A stretch of DNA of 64,000 nucleotides from an uncultured Gammaproteobacteria bacterium (GTDB lineage Bacteria > Patescibacteriota > Microgenomatia > Levybacterales > GWA1-39-11): positions 15,192-79,191 of the forward strand of contig CAYVFE010000002.1 of NCBI GenBank assembly GCA_964450885.1, written 5' to 3'. The position numbers and the translations under genes are program-made. Below are positions 55,081-64,000 of the stretch, one piece after another. Positions within the stretch are counted from its first letter, which is position 1. Every line of letters begins with the position of its first letter. The notes under the pieces were generated by a model. That model was not told where the DNA came from and ran no database searches. It saw only the letters and a list, made by a program, of their open reading frames with translations.

Positions 55081-55910
55081 TGGGACAGGATGTTATATGG
55101 AAATAACTCGACTGGCATTTGAGGGTACGACTGATAATAAGTGATCTTTCTAACGGTCTCCCCTGATGTTCCTGTTGATTCTACTACTGACCCCTGAGAG
55201 GGCAATAGAAGCGCTTCTCCCGATAAGTCAGTCGCGACTACAGCGACTTTCGTGGAATTGTATAAAGGAATAACTTTCATGATAATCCCATTTGTAATAG
55301 ATATGGGGGTTGATGTCCTGTTCAAAAATACCTCCCCCGGTAGCCCTGAGACATTATAACTCCCATAGCTACTTCCATCTAGAGTACCCAGAGTACGGGA
55401 CGCACACGTATCATAAAGGTATTTGGAATATGTAGGATTGTTCAAATCGGCTCCTTGCAGAACGACTATCTCAAGAGCTGGTCTGACTGGATCTGTCGAG
55501 CTACAATTCGTCTGCCCCTCTTCTCCCCAATAGACAGTAAGCCTTGCGTTTGCGATCTTATTTGAATAATCTGGATAGTCAGAAAGCCATACATCGGCCC
55601 CAAAATCCTGATCGACCTGTTCACCATTATTGAGAAGTGTCTCCGAACCCCCATATTGCGTAGCGCTGACAACAAAATTAGAGTTATTTCCCAAGGATTC
55701 CTCCAACACGATTTCTCCTCCTTGCTGCAAGACCCTGTCGATTCCAGCCTCGGCTGCGTTAAATGCCCTCTGACTTTCCTCATTTTGCCTCGAAATCCTA
55801 AGCTCTGTAACGGTTCGGGAGGCAACAGAAAGTCCTACAGTCAACGCAACAATCATAGTAATAACGACAATAAGCAGTATTTGTCCTTTTTCGTTCATTT
55901 TTTGATACAT
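55077..55910 (-). CDS. Pilus-associated hypothetical protein with degenerate prepilin-like N-terminus
   Basis: N-terminus MNEKGQILLIVVITMIVALTVGLSVA resembles a degenerate class III signal. Gly/Ser/Thr-rich body. In the pilin gene run. Confidence 0.35.
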   Translation of the reverse strand: MYQKMNEKGQILLIVVITMIVALTVGLSVASRTVTELRISRQNEESQRAFNAAEAGIDRVLQQGGEIVLEESLGNNSNFVVSATQYGGSETLLNNGEQVDQDFGADVWLSDYPDYSNKIANARLTVYWGEEGQTNCSSTDPVRPALEIVVLQGADLNNPTYSKYLYDTCASRTLGTLDGSSYGSYNVSGLPGEVFLNRTSTPISITNGIIMKVIPLYNSTKVAVVATDLSGEALLLPSQGSVVESTGTSGETVRKITYYQSYPQMPVELFPYNILSQ

Positions 55911-55964
55911 AAAGCCTATTTTTATAATAGACTGGGAGGCCTCTACAAGTCAAGCTAAAACTGA

Positions 55965-56537
55965 CTAGTTTGGGGTATAATTCCGCATGAGAACTGATGT
56001 CTTGAATGGAGCAGAATCCCGGTTCTCGAAAAGTGCATCAGGCGATTTCTGGGTCAGCGTAAAACCAAACTCGACGATAGGTGGAGTATAGGGATCGTTA
56101 TTTTGCTGTCTACAAGTAAAATAACAAGCATTTGGATCCGAGCTGTCAACACGCACTCTTGAAGTGTCAAAAAGCGATGCGCTATTTGATGAGATAGTAT
56201 CGCTCGCGCATTCGTACAGAATCGTTCCCTGTTCCTGTGATACCAAAATTTCTATCGAATTACCCGTCGGACTAGGGTCACCTGTGCAGTCTGCAACGGC
56301 ATCTCCGTCTATGGCAACGATATCTTCTGCTGAGATTATTTCGTTTGAGATAACTGTACTCGCATAATTACCAGCCTGGGCAATCCGATTTGTAATATTT
56401 GTTCTGCTTGTTCCTCTGAGAGTCTGGGTTATGAGCGCTGAAATAATTCCTGTCACTGCAACAAGGATCGTAACTACAGCAAGGAGCTCTATAACCGTAT
56501 AACCGGCATTTTTGTTACCAGGATTATGGATAAACAT
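55965..56537 (-). CDS. Prepilin-type N-terminal cleavage/methylation domain protein (minor pilin-like)
   Basis: GYTVIELLAVVTILVAVTGI class III signal motif. Confidence 0.55.
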   Translation of the reverse strand: MFIHNPGNKNAGYTVIELLAVVTILVAVTGIISALITQTLRGTSRTNITNRIAQAGNYASTVISNEIISAEDIVAIDGDAVADCTGDPSPTGNSIEILVSQEQGTILYECASDTISSNSASLFDTSRVRVDSSDPNACYFTCRQQNNDPYTPPIVEFGFTLTQKSPDALFENRDSAPFKTSVLMRNYTPN

Positions 56538-57012
56538 TTACGCTCCTTTCGTACGGAATACAAGAAACCAGGGTAGTATTATGACAGAATCTTTCTTCCG
56601 CTCCACATTTGCCGCTTGACCACTGAACGACAACTGTCACTTTTTTTAGATTTAAAGCATCGCCATCTTCTTCCAGGCATGGCGACTCATCGGTTGTGAT
56701 ATTTATATTGCGGATATGAGAATTTCCGATATTTACTTGCTCGGTCGCGCCAGGACTAAGCTGCAGATCGTTCTCTCCATACGCATAATCTCCATTTAGA
56801 GTCGCGAATATATCTATTTCTTCTGCCTGAACCCGTCTCATATGCTCCATGCCTTGCTGTGCATATTTGTTAGCAAGATTCTGATTCTTTACAAATTGAG
56901 AATTATTTAAAGAGTTAGTGATAGCTATCGTTATTGCCGCAACTATCGTAAAGACAGCGGCAAGAGCAACAACCGCTTCAACTATCGTCTGTCCTGATTG
57001 ATTGAACTTCAT
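56524..57012 (-). CDS. Prepilin-like protein (minor pilin candidate)
   Basis: N-terminus QSGQTIVEAVVALAAVFTIVAAI (G-x-T-x-x-E pattern). Confidence 0.5.
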   Translation of the reverse strand: MKFNQSGQTIVEAVVALAAVFTIVAAITIAITNSLNNSQFVKNQNLANKYAQQGMEHMRRVQAEEIDIFATLNGDYAYGENDLQLSPGATEQVNIGNSHIRNINITTDESPCLEEDGDALNLKKVTVVVQWSSGKCGAEERFCHNTTLVSCIPYERSVNVYP

Positions 57013-57558
57013 TTAGATAATGTTAACATTTCCCAGCTCATTTATACGTATCGTTTTTGTCTGTCCAAAGCCTTCTATGTCGATATCGCATGGCAATAAG
57101 GGGAGTCCACTTACCTGAAGCCTTACAGTCTCGTACACGACCTCATCACATGTAGTACCGACTCCCATATTTAGGTTTGAGGGCAGTTCGAACGTCTTTA
57201 CCAGTTCTTCGGAATTGTTACAAATCATATGAAGCTCTATCGAATCGTTACCGACCGAGGATGGCAGTACGTCCACCCTATATGCAGTAACGTCTGTATC
57301 GCATGTTATTGCCTGACCAGTTGCGTCTACTTCAAGCTTCACTGACGAAACAGCATTAAACTTTGCCTCATCAAAAATACTTTTCGTGTTTCCAACCGAT
57401 TGTTCGATTAGTTGAGTATTCCCATAATTAACCATCGAAAAAATTCCTATTCCTGATACCAGTCCCACCAGGGTTATAACCACAAGTAACTCGATGATAG
57501 TAAATCCACTAGAAGATTCTCTAATTTTTTTCTGTATCAATAAATTTATTAATCGCAT
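57013..57558 (-). CDS. Prepilin-type protein (minor pilin-like)
   Basis: SGFTIIELLVVITLVGLVSG class III signal. Confidence 0.55.
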   Translation of the reverse strand: MRLINLLIQKKIRESSSGFTIIELLVVITLVGLVSGIGIFSMVNYGNTQLIEQSVGNTKSIFDEAKFNAVSSVKLEVDATGQAITCDTDVTAYRVDVLPSSVGNDSIELHMICNNSEELVKTFELPSNLNMGVGTTCDEVVYETVRLQVSGLPLLPCDIDIEGFGQTKTIRINELGNVNII

Positions 57559-57572
57559 TGATCATTTCCAAT

Positions 57573-58013
57573 TTATGGATTTGTTAAGGTGAATGAAGCC
57601 GGTGTAGTGCAATTACTCGCAGTGTATATTGCCTCTTCATCCGCATCACCATCATTTTCATTCTCCAGACATGCAACTAATGTATATGTGGATCCATCTG
57701 CACTAGTATATGCATAAGGCGCATCCGTTAACGAGTCACAAGGAATCTCTGATAAATAAACTGCATCACCGCTTGAGAGGGCTCCTCCACATGTAAGCGT
57801 GAGGGGATAGCTGCCATTGTCTGCGCGATATAGCTCTAAGGCCGTCTGTATGTTGAAAAGGTTTGATTTGCGTTGTCCGTCACGGCCTCTTTGACGAATA
57901 CCGACAAAATTTACCATAAGTAAAGTAGTAAGTACTGCAATAACTGATATCACCACTAAAAGTTCTATTAGAGTAAAACCTTTTTTGTTATTCTCCGAAC
58001 GCCTAGTATTCAT
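57573..58013 (-). CDS. Type IV pilin
   Basis: KKGFTLIELLVVISVIAVLTTLL canonical prepilin leader and hydrophobic helix. Cys pairs in the C-terminal domain. Confidence 0.65.
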   Translation of the reverse strand: MNTRRSENNKKGFTLIELLVVISVIAVLTTLLMVNFVGIRQRGRDGQRKSNLFNIQTALELYRADNGSYPLTLTCGGALSSGDAVYLSEIPCDSLTDAPYAYTSADGSTYTLVACLENENDGDADEEAIYTASNCTTPASFTLTNP

Positions 58014-58056
58014 ATACTAATTCATTGTAGTCCATATGTTTTTTTAATTGCAAATC

Positions 58057-58731
58057 CTATGGAGAAATATTCGGACTCGTGACTCCATAATTACATATCT
58101 CATCTCCTATTCCGCATCCACTGACTCCAGCAGGCAAATTTGCGCATGCAAGACCACCGTTGCAAGAATCCGGATCACTATCGCCTCTATCAAGTGATGC
58201 ATATATCCTATATGACTGGAAATTATTCAATTCGTCAGACCAATAGATATAAAATTTATTGGAGTTAGGCTCAACAGGCAATATATCGATATATGGGGCC
58301 CAGGTGTTACCCCAATGCAAAGCGTCATCACCTTCACCATCTAATTCATTTATGGTGTAGGGGAATGCGCCTGTATTTGTGGCACCACAGCACCCAGTAA
58401 ATGAAGGATAACGCCCAAAATCTTGATAATAAGCCTCCAACGCCCTTTGTAGTTGCGCTAGGTCACTTTTTCTCTTACTATCCTGAGCTTTTCGGAATTG
58501 TTCGATAGGGTTAAGGGCTGTAAATGCTATGGTCGCAAGGATAGCAAGGACACCGATGGCTGTTATCACTTCTATCAAAGTGAAGCCTTTTGAATTAATG
58601 GGAAAATCTAGAATATCATTCTGGCTATTGGCAAAATTACTTTTTCTCCAAACAGAAGTGCGAATACTGTCGATCCAACCAGAAATGGTCCGAAGGGCAC
58701 CGTGCCCGTCCGAAAGCTTTTTTTCTTCCAT
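58057..58731 (-). CDS. Prepilin-like protein with an unusually long (about 45 aa) predicted leader
   Basis: SKGFTLIEVITAIGVLAILATIAF motif begins about 47 residues after the only in-frame ATG. The 5' 124 nt overlap the 3' end of pilD. Confidence 0.45.
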   Translation of the reverse strand: MEEKKLSDGHGALRTISGWIDSIRTSVWRKSNFANSQNDILDFPINSKGFTLIEVITAIGVLAILATIAFTALNPIEQFRKAQDSKRKSDLAQLQRALEAYYQDFGRYPSFTGCCGATNTGAFPYTINELDGEGDDALHWGNTWAPYIDILPVEPNSNKFYIYWSDELNNFQSYRIYASLDRGDSDPDSCNGGLACANLPAGVSGCGIGDEICNYGVTSPNISP

Positions 58732-59429
58732 AAAACCAGTATGATAGAGACAGTAGCGCCTGTCAAGAAAGCAAGGTAAAGCCCATAAATTACCATCGGG
58801 AATCCTAGAATCAATCCTAAAGCGAAGGATATCTTCACGTCCCCAAAACCCATGCCGCGCCCTTTTGTAAAGAAATAGAGTGCTGCGAAAAATAAAAGGG
58901 CACCAAGTGCCGCCTGCAGATGATTTAGGGGGTCGAAATCTCCTACATAGACATAAATTACGGCAACTAAAGTAAGAAAAATGGTCAGCTTGTCGGGAAT
59001 TATTCCATACTCAAGGTCGATGAAAAATATCGCGATTGACGTAAATACGATTAAAGCCAAAATAATGAATACAACGGAAAGCCCAAATTGCATATAAAGA
59101 AAAAGCAACGCTATAGCGCATCCAAGTTCGACTAAAAGTATTCTGGGTGGAATCTGTGCTTTACAATGTCTACATCTGCCTCTTAGAAAGAGGTACGACA
59201 ATATGGGCACCAGCTCGATAGGACCAAGAGTCTTTTTGCAGCTCTCACAATAAGATCTTCCTTTGGTGACTGACCTGTTTGTGGCAAATCTATCGATTAT
59301 CACATTTAAAAAACTTCCTACAACAGAACCAAGAATAAAAAATAACAAACTAAGAAAGAGTAGAATAGGGGGATTCACTATCGTGTACACCAGTAGCAAG
59401 TACCATCTGCTGCAGATGCATCTGGGCAA
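58608..59429 (-). CDS. pilD: Prepilin peptidase (A24 family)
   Basis: N-terminal zinc-binding Cys pairs (CESCKK...CRHCK), polytopic membrane, catalytic Asp in FIDLEYGIIPD and a second GMGFGDVK region. Confidence 0.8.
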   Translation of the reverse strand: MPRCICSRWYLLLVYTIVNPPILLFLSLLFFILGSVVGSFLNVIIDRFATNRSVTKGRSYCESCKKTLGPIELVPILSYLFLRGRCRHCKAQIPPRILLVELGCAIALLFLYMQFGLSVVFIILALIVFTSIAIFFIDLEYGIIPDKLTIFLTLVAVIYVYVGDFDPLNHLQAALGALLFFAALYFFTKGRGMGFGDVKISFALGLILGFPMVIYGLYLAFLTGATVSIILVLWKKKSFRTGTVPFGPFLVGSTVFALLFGEKVILPIARMIF

Positions 59430-59947
59430 CTGTCAGGTGCTCCGGTATTATCTGCTCCAGTTTCATCATAGATAGTCTCAGGTGAAGCCTTTTGAGATTT
59501 TGATGTTGGGGCGAAGCAAATCGCGACATTTGATCCGTCTCCAGAATCCCAATTTACCTGAACCTTCGCTAGATCAGCAGTATTTGTTGTAAATGCTGAC
59601 TTCAATTCTCCCTCAGCAACAAGAGAATTAGTTATACAAGAGGTCATCCCAGCATCGTTAAGCGCAACCGGGTCAATACCAGATGTCGCAAGATCAGTGC
59701 AGGCAGTATCTGAATTACCAGGGTCATTCCATGGAAATGCTCCATGAGTAGTGTAATAACGGATAAGCGAAGTCTGGAACTCAACTGCCATATTCTTTAT
59801 TTTTGCGTCATCTCCTTTTTTCAACTGTTCGAATGGGTCAATTGTTGCAACAAGTGCAGCAGCTAAAATTCCGAGGATTCCGATAACTACAAGAAGTTCG
59901 ATAAGAGTGAAACCTTTTTGTAAAGTTTTGCGGGCAGATAAATTCAT
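59378..59947 (-). CDS. Type IV pilin (major pilin candidate)
   Basis: QKGFTLIELLVVIGILGILAAAL. Cys-rich C-terminal domain (D-region-like disulfides). Confidence 0.65.
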   Translation of the reverse strand: MNLSARKTLQKGFTLIELLVVIGILGILAAALVATIDPFEQLKKGDDAKIKNMAVEFQTSLIRYYTTHGAFPWNDPGNSDTACTDLATSGIDPVALNDAGMTSCITNSLVAEGELKSAFTTNTADLAKVQVNWDSGDGSNVAICFAPTSKSQKASPETIYDETGADNTGAPDSCPDASAADGTCYWCTR

Positions 59948-60018
59948 TAAATTTAGCTAATCATATTAAAAAATCTTTGTCAAGAGGTTATTTTGAAGAA
60001 AAATTTTGGGCCATATAG

Positions 60019-60663
60019 CTACAAAATAGCACTTTCTAATCCTAATCTTATATTTAAGTTGTTGAATTTCACGAAATTTGAGACATCCAAAAGCTTCCTC
60101 AGAATTCCTGTATGTTTTTTTAACGCGACGCGATCATTGCTATCCAAAACCTTCATCAAGGCCTTTCTATATGACTGGATAAAGATGTCCATCTGCTGAC
60201 CAGAGGAGACGTCTTTGTTACTATTGAGAAAACTGTCTATGGCAAGCAATCTTTGCGGTAGGTCGTCAGAGAGAATACCGTCGAGCTGTACTCCTAGATC
60301 ACCTGCATCTGGGATACCAAGTTTTACTATAAAAAAACGTGACTTTATAGTGTCGATAATCTCACTTAGATCCTGTTGGGACAGTATTACCGATACGTTG
60401 TCAGAAAGCTCCTCAAAACTTTTAAGAAGGAGGTTTTGAGCAACCAAATTTATCTTCGCATCAATGACGATAAGACGCTTAGTAGAGTACTTATTCGATA
60501 AATCCTTTCTTATGGCTTTTGCCTCAATAATCTTGATTTCATCAGAATAAACTGTAATAGAATGTGAGGGAATGTTCTCGGTGGCGGCAAATTCTTCTAT
60601 ATATCGCAGTCTTTCTACCGAGTCTCCTGTAATTATGAAGCTTCTCATCTTGACTGTCTGCAT
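60019..60663 (-). CDS. holB: DNA polymerase III delta'-like clamp-loader subunit (degenerate AAA+)
   Basis: LLLKSFEELSDN (clamp-loader LLKTLEEP box) and IKSRFF (sensor-1 SRC-like). Start trimmed to MQTVKMRSF (60663) to remove the overlap with pilB. TATAAT-like -10 upstream. Confidence 0.45.
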   Translation of the reverse strand: MQTVKMRSFIITGDSVERLRYIEEFAATENIPSHSITVYSDEIKIIEAKAIRKDLSNKYSTKRLIVIDAKINLVAQNLLLKSFEELSDNVSVILSQQDLSEIIDTIKSRFFIVKLGIPDAGDLGVQLDGILSDDLPQRLLAIDSFLNSNKDVSSGQQMDIFIQSYRKALMKVLDSNDRVALKKHTGILRKLLDVSNFVKFNNLNIRLGLESAIL

Positions 60664-60684
60664 TCTATCGAATACGATTATATA

Positions 60685-62463
60685 GTGCAACAGACTGCCC
60701 AAAATAATGCAGTAGGTAATGTTGGTGGAAATAATTTCTCCCACGACAGTACTTACAAAACAAACAAGAACATCGGAGACATCCTCATAGCAGAGGGTAT
60801 CCTCAAACCTGAACAGGTAGAGCAGATAAAGATCGAGGCCGCAAAACGCGGTATCGATATGGAAAAGCTCATCCTCGAAGCTCAGATCGTATCTGAGGAA
60901 CAATTTTATGAAGCACGTGCAAAGCTTTACAATATCCCCTTCGCATCAGTTGCGACTCTCCCTTTTTCGCCGGAAGCACTAGGCTCAATCCCCAGATCTG
61001 TTGCCGAACGCTTCAAGCTTATCCCATTTGCGATAGACGACAACACGAAGACACTTTCTGTCGTAATGTCTAACCCCTTAGACCTTGACGCAATAACCTT
61101 TATAGGACAAAAAAGCGGAAAGCAAATAAAGGCCTTCCAGGGGATACCGACAGAGATTGCCACAGCTATCCAGAACCAGTATAGTTTCGGATTGGTCGGT
61201 GAGGTCAAAGCCGCGCTTAAAGAAAGCGAACAAATCCAAAAAGTAAGAACTTTTGACAAAGACACTATCTCCTCTGTTATTAAAGAGGCGCCTATCGCAA
61301 AGATCGTATCGACGATTTTGGAGTACGCTGTAAAAAGTAGGGCGTCTGATGTACATATCGAACCTCAAGCCGACAGGATGAGGGTCAGATATAGAATTGA
61401 CGGAATACTTTATGAAAGATTATCTCTTCCAATAGGCGTTAGAGAGGCAGTCATATCGCGCATAAAGATACTTTCCCAGATGAAAATAGATGAACACAGA
61501 ATACCTCAGGATGGAAGGTTCAACTTTAAAGTAGGTCAGGAAGAGGTCGACCTCCGTGTAAGCGCTTTGCCTACTGCATTCGGAGAGAAAATCGTCATGA
61601 GACTTCTTAAAAAATCCGGCGGAGTTCCGACTCTTCAAGACCTGGGTCTGAGAGGCACGTCACTAAGAACACTTGAAGCATCGATCCTCAGGCCTCACGG
61701 AATAATACTTGTCTGCGGACCTACAGGATCGGGTAAAACGACGACACTTTATTCTGTCTTATCAAAGCTAAATACGACCCGTGTCAATATCCTCACACTG
61801 GAGGATCCTATCGAGTACCAGATAGCAGGAGCGAATCAGGTCCAGATAAACCCAGATGTTGGGCTGACATTTGCCTCAGGTCTCCGTTCATTCCTACGTC
61901 AGGATCCTAATATTATCCTTGTAGGAGAGATCAGAGACCAGGAGACAACGGAGCTTGCAATACAGGCAGCCCTAACTGGACATTTGGTATTCTCGACACT
62001 CCATACGTCTAGTGCTGCAGGAGCACTTCCTCGTCTCATAGACATGGGCGCCGAAACATTTCTTCTTGCATCGACGATAACTGCATCACTGGGCCAAAGG
62101 ATTTCCCGAAAGATTTGCGAAGGCTGCAAGACGTCATATACACCTCCACGCGAAATCGTAGCTGAAATCAGGAAAGCGCTTGGTGACATGATGCCAAAAG
62201 TCGAAGACTCTCAGGTCAAACTTTATAAAGGGACGGGGTGTGAAAGATGTGGTCACTCAGGATTTTTGGGGAGAATTGGAATATATGAAGTCATGGCTAT
62301 CTCAGAGGCTATCGCAAAACTTATCCTGCAACGCGCCGATAGCACGTCGATTGAAAAACAGGCAAAGCTTGAAGGGATGATAACCATAAAACAAGACGGA
62401 TATCTAAAAGTGTTGGATGGATTGACTACAATAGATGAGATATTGCGTGTAGCTCAAGAATAA
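60685..62463 (+). CDS. pilB: Type IV pilus assembly ATPase PilB (GspE family)
   Basis: GspII_E N-domain, Walker A GPTGSGKTTT, Walker B, His box, tetracysteine motif CEGC...CERCGHSG. Confidence 0.85.
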   Translation: MQQTAQNNAVGNVGGNNFSHDSTYKTNKNIGDILIAEGILKPEQVEQIKIEAAKRGIDMEKLILEAQIVSEEQFYEARAKLYNIPFASVATLPFSPEALGSIPRSVAERFKLIPFAIDDNTKTLSVVMSNPLDLDAITFIGQKSGKQIKAFQGIPTEIATAIQNQYSFGLVGEVKAALKESEQIQKVRTFDKDTISSVIKEAPIAKIVSTILEYAVKSRASDVHIEPQADRMRVRYRIDGILYERLSLPIGVREAVISRIKILSQMKIDEHRIPQDGRFNFKVGQEEVDLRVSALPTAFGEKIVMRLLKKSGGVPTLQDLGLRGTSLRTLEASILRPHGIILVCGPTGSGKTTTLYSVLSKLNTTRVNILTLEDPIEYQIAGANQVQINPDVGLTFASGLRSFLRQDPNIILVGEIRDQETTELAIQAALTGHLVFSTLHTSSAAGALPRLIDMGAETFLLASTITASLGQRISRKICEGCKTSYTPPREIVAEIRKALGDMMPKVEDSQVKLYKGTGCERCGHSGFLGRIGIYEVMAISEAIAKLILQRADSTSIEKQAKLEGMITIKQDGYLKVLDGLTTIDEILRVAQE

Positions 62464-62465
62464 AT

Positions 62466-63545
62466 ATGGATCAAAACGTTTCTATACAGGATTTATTGAA
62501 TAAGACGATCGAGCACAAGGGTTCTGATCTGCATATTGTGGCGGGTTTCAAACCGATAATAAGGGTAGACGGAACTCTTAGACAGGTAGACACCTATCCA
62601 GAGCTTCCTAAGGAGCTGACACAAAAAATAGTATTTGAACTTTTGACGGAACAGCAAAAGGAAATGCTTGTAGCAAATAGGAGTATCGACTTTTCATATG
62701 GATATGGAAGTGGTGATTATGGCGACAAAGGAAGATTTAGGGTAAATGCATATTACCAGAGAGACACCTTGGCAGCCTCTCTAAGACTTCTTCCATCTAC
62801 TGTAAAGACTATAGAAGAACTAGGACTGCCGGATATCTGTCATACATTTGCATCCTACAAACAAGGCTTTATTCTTGTTACAGGACCGACAGGTCATGGA
62901 AAAACAACAACGATCGCATCAATGGTCAATGAGATAAATATGACCCGTTCTGAAAATATAATCACTATCGAAGATCCTATCGAGTATGTCTACGGAAAAG
63001 GGAAAAGTGTTCTTTCGCAAAGAGAAATAGGCCGCGACACTCATTCGTGGAACGAGGCATTGAAGAGCACACTCCGCGAAGATCCGAATATCGTAGTGAT
63101 AGGCGAAATGAGGGACCCTGAGAGTATCGCGTCAGCTATCACTATAGCCGAGACCGGACATCTGGTATTTTCGACACTACACACAAATTCCGCCTCGCAA
63201 AGCATAGATAGGATTATCGACTCGTTCCCACAAAGCCAGCAAAACCAGGTGAGGATCCAACTCTCATCTGCGCTGGCAGGAATTCTTTCTCAAAGACTTA
63301 TTCCAAGTATAAATGGCGGAAGAGTAGTAGCATCAGAAATACTCATGGCAACAAATGCGATAAAATCAAACATCCGCGAGGCGAAAACGCATCTTATCGA
63401 TTCGATCATAGAGACGTCAAATGATGCTGGAATGATTTCTATGGAAGCATCCCTTGCTTCACTTGTCAGAAAGGGAGCAATTACACTTGAAACTGCAAAA
63501 GGCTATGTTTTGAGGCAGGATCTATTTGAAAGACTCTTAGGATAA
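62466..63545 (+). CDS. pilT: Twitching motility/retraction ATPase PilT
   Basis: Walker A GPTGHGKTTT, GEMRD Walker B region, PilT AIRNLIRE-like helix (AIKSNIRE). Confidence 0.85.
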   Translation: MDQNVSIQDLLNKTIEHKGSDLHIVAGFKPIIRVDGTLRQVDTYPELPKELTQKIVFELLTEQQKEMLVANRSIDFSYGYGSGDYGDKGRFRVNAYYQRDTLAASLRLLPSTVKTIEELGLPDICHTFASYKQGFILVTGPTGHGKTTTIASMVNEINMTRSENIITIEDPIEYVYGKGKSVLSQREIGRDTHSWNEALKSTLREDPNIVVIGEMRDPESIASAITIAETGHLVFSTLHTNSASQSIDRIIDSFPQSQQNQVRIQLSSALAGILSQRLIPSINGGRVVASEILMATNAIKSNIREAKTHLIDSIIETSNDAGMISMEASLASLVRKGAITLETAKGYVLRQDLFERLLG

Positions 63546-63547
63546 AT

Positions 63548-64000
63548 ATGGAATTTAAATATACAGCGGTAAGTCTTGACGGCAAAAAAGAAACGGGAGA
63601 GCTGGATGTAAATACAGAGAAAGAAGTTCTGGAATTTTTAAGATCAAATAAATTGACACCCATTAAAATAGAGCTCCTCGAAAAGACCGAATCAACCATA
63701 CTTGCATATTTTAATAGGGTAACAAATAGCGATATCGTGCTATTTACCAGACAGCTTTCATCTATGGTCCTTACCGGACTGACGCTTATAGAATCTTTAA
63801 ATATCCTGAAAAAACAGTCAGTAAAGCCTAAGATGGCTAAGATGGTTGAAGATCTTATCGCTGATGTCTCGGAGGGAAAATCCTTCTCACAGGCTTTAGA
63901 GCGCCACAAAGAAGCATTTTCCCCAGTCTATATCTCGCTCATCACTGCAGCTGAGGAGGGCGGACTACTTGATAAGGTCCTTTTGCGTCTTGCGGACAAT
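63548..64000 (+). CDS. pilC: Type IV pilus inner-membrane platform protein PilC (GspF family), N-terminal part; continues beyond the window
   Basis: MEFKYTAVSLDGKKETGELDVNTEKEVLEFLRSNKLTPIKIE... and the T2SSF first repeat (LSSMVLTGLTLIESL). Confidence 0.75.
   Translation, partial: MEFKYTAVSLDGKKETGELDVNTEKEVLEFLRSNKLTPIKIELLEKTESTILAYFNRVTNSDIVLFTRQLSSMVLTGLTLIESLNILKKQSVKPKMAKMVEDLIADVSEGKSFSQALERHKEAFSPVYISLITAAEEGGLLDKVLLRLADN

Noticed and set aside
60664-60903. N-terminal 80 codons of track ORF 60019..60903 (holB-like)
   Set aside because: Would overlap the pilB coding start in antisense. An internal Met (60663) preceded by a TATAAT box gives a clamp-loader-sized protein that begins where the homology begins.

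Overview
This is an AT-rich (about 35-40% GC), gene-dense bacterial window with strong AGGAGGTG-type ribosome-binding sites, short intergenic spacers and several domain-reduced housekeeping proteins (ThrRS without the N-terminal editing region, a short trigger factor). By inference this is consistent with a small-genome, Patescibacteria/CPR-like organism. Recognisable content: Zur-ZupT zinc module, cupredoxin, RarA, DedA, DacA-like carboxypeptidase, GdhA, CorA, a Mur-ligase-family protein, MscS, MsrB, a flavinylation module (FMN-binding protein, ApbE, membrane FNR-type reductase), CapA, sortase, Obg, GIY-YIG, MazG, two NUDIX proteins, MATE, TreS-like GH13, PEBP, PfkB kinase plus AhcY, trigger factor, the thrS-infC-rpmI-rplT-pheS-pheT block, PBP1A, tyrS, recG, rpmF-nusB-rnc, rpsP-KH-trmD, and a large type IV pilus locus (pilMNO, six or seven prepilin-like genes, pilD, a holB-like gene, pilB, pilT, pilC partial). 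Ten tRNA genes were found by eye. The most unusual signals are: (1) a roughly 100-nt structured element repeated five times next to tRNA genes, with compensatory base changes in two hairpins and a long-range stem; (2) a roughly 0.9 kb GC-rich island (35.64-36.54 kb) carrying one well-initiated ORF bracketed by large palindromes and terminators; (3) beside it, a cassette of three small acidic ORFs with duplicated translation-initiation regions and attenuator-like leaders; (4) a degenerate duplicated 3' half of tRNA-Val just downstream. No CRISPR array and no rRNA were seen. All coordinates and anticodons were derived by eye and should be confirmed with tRNAscan-SE and homology searches.
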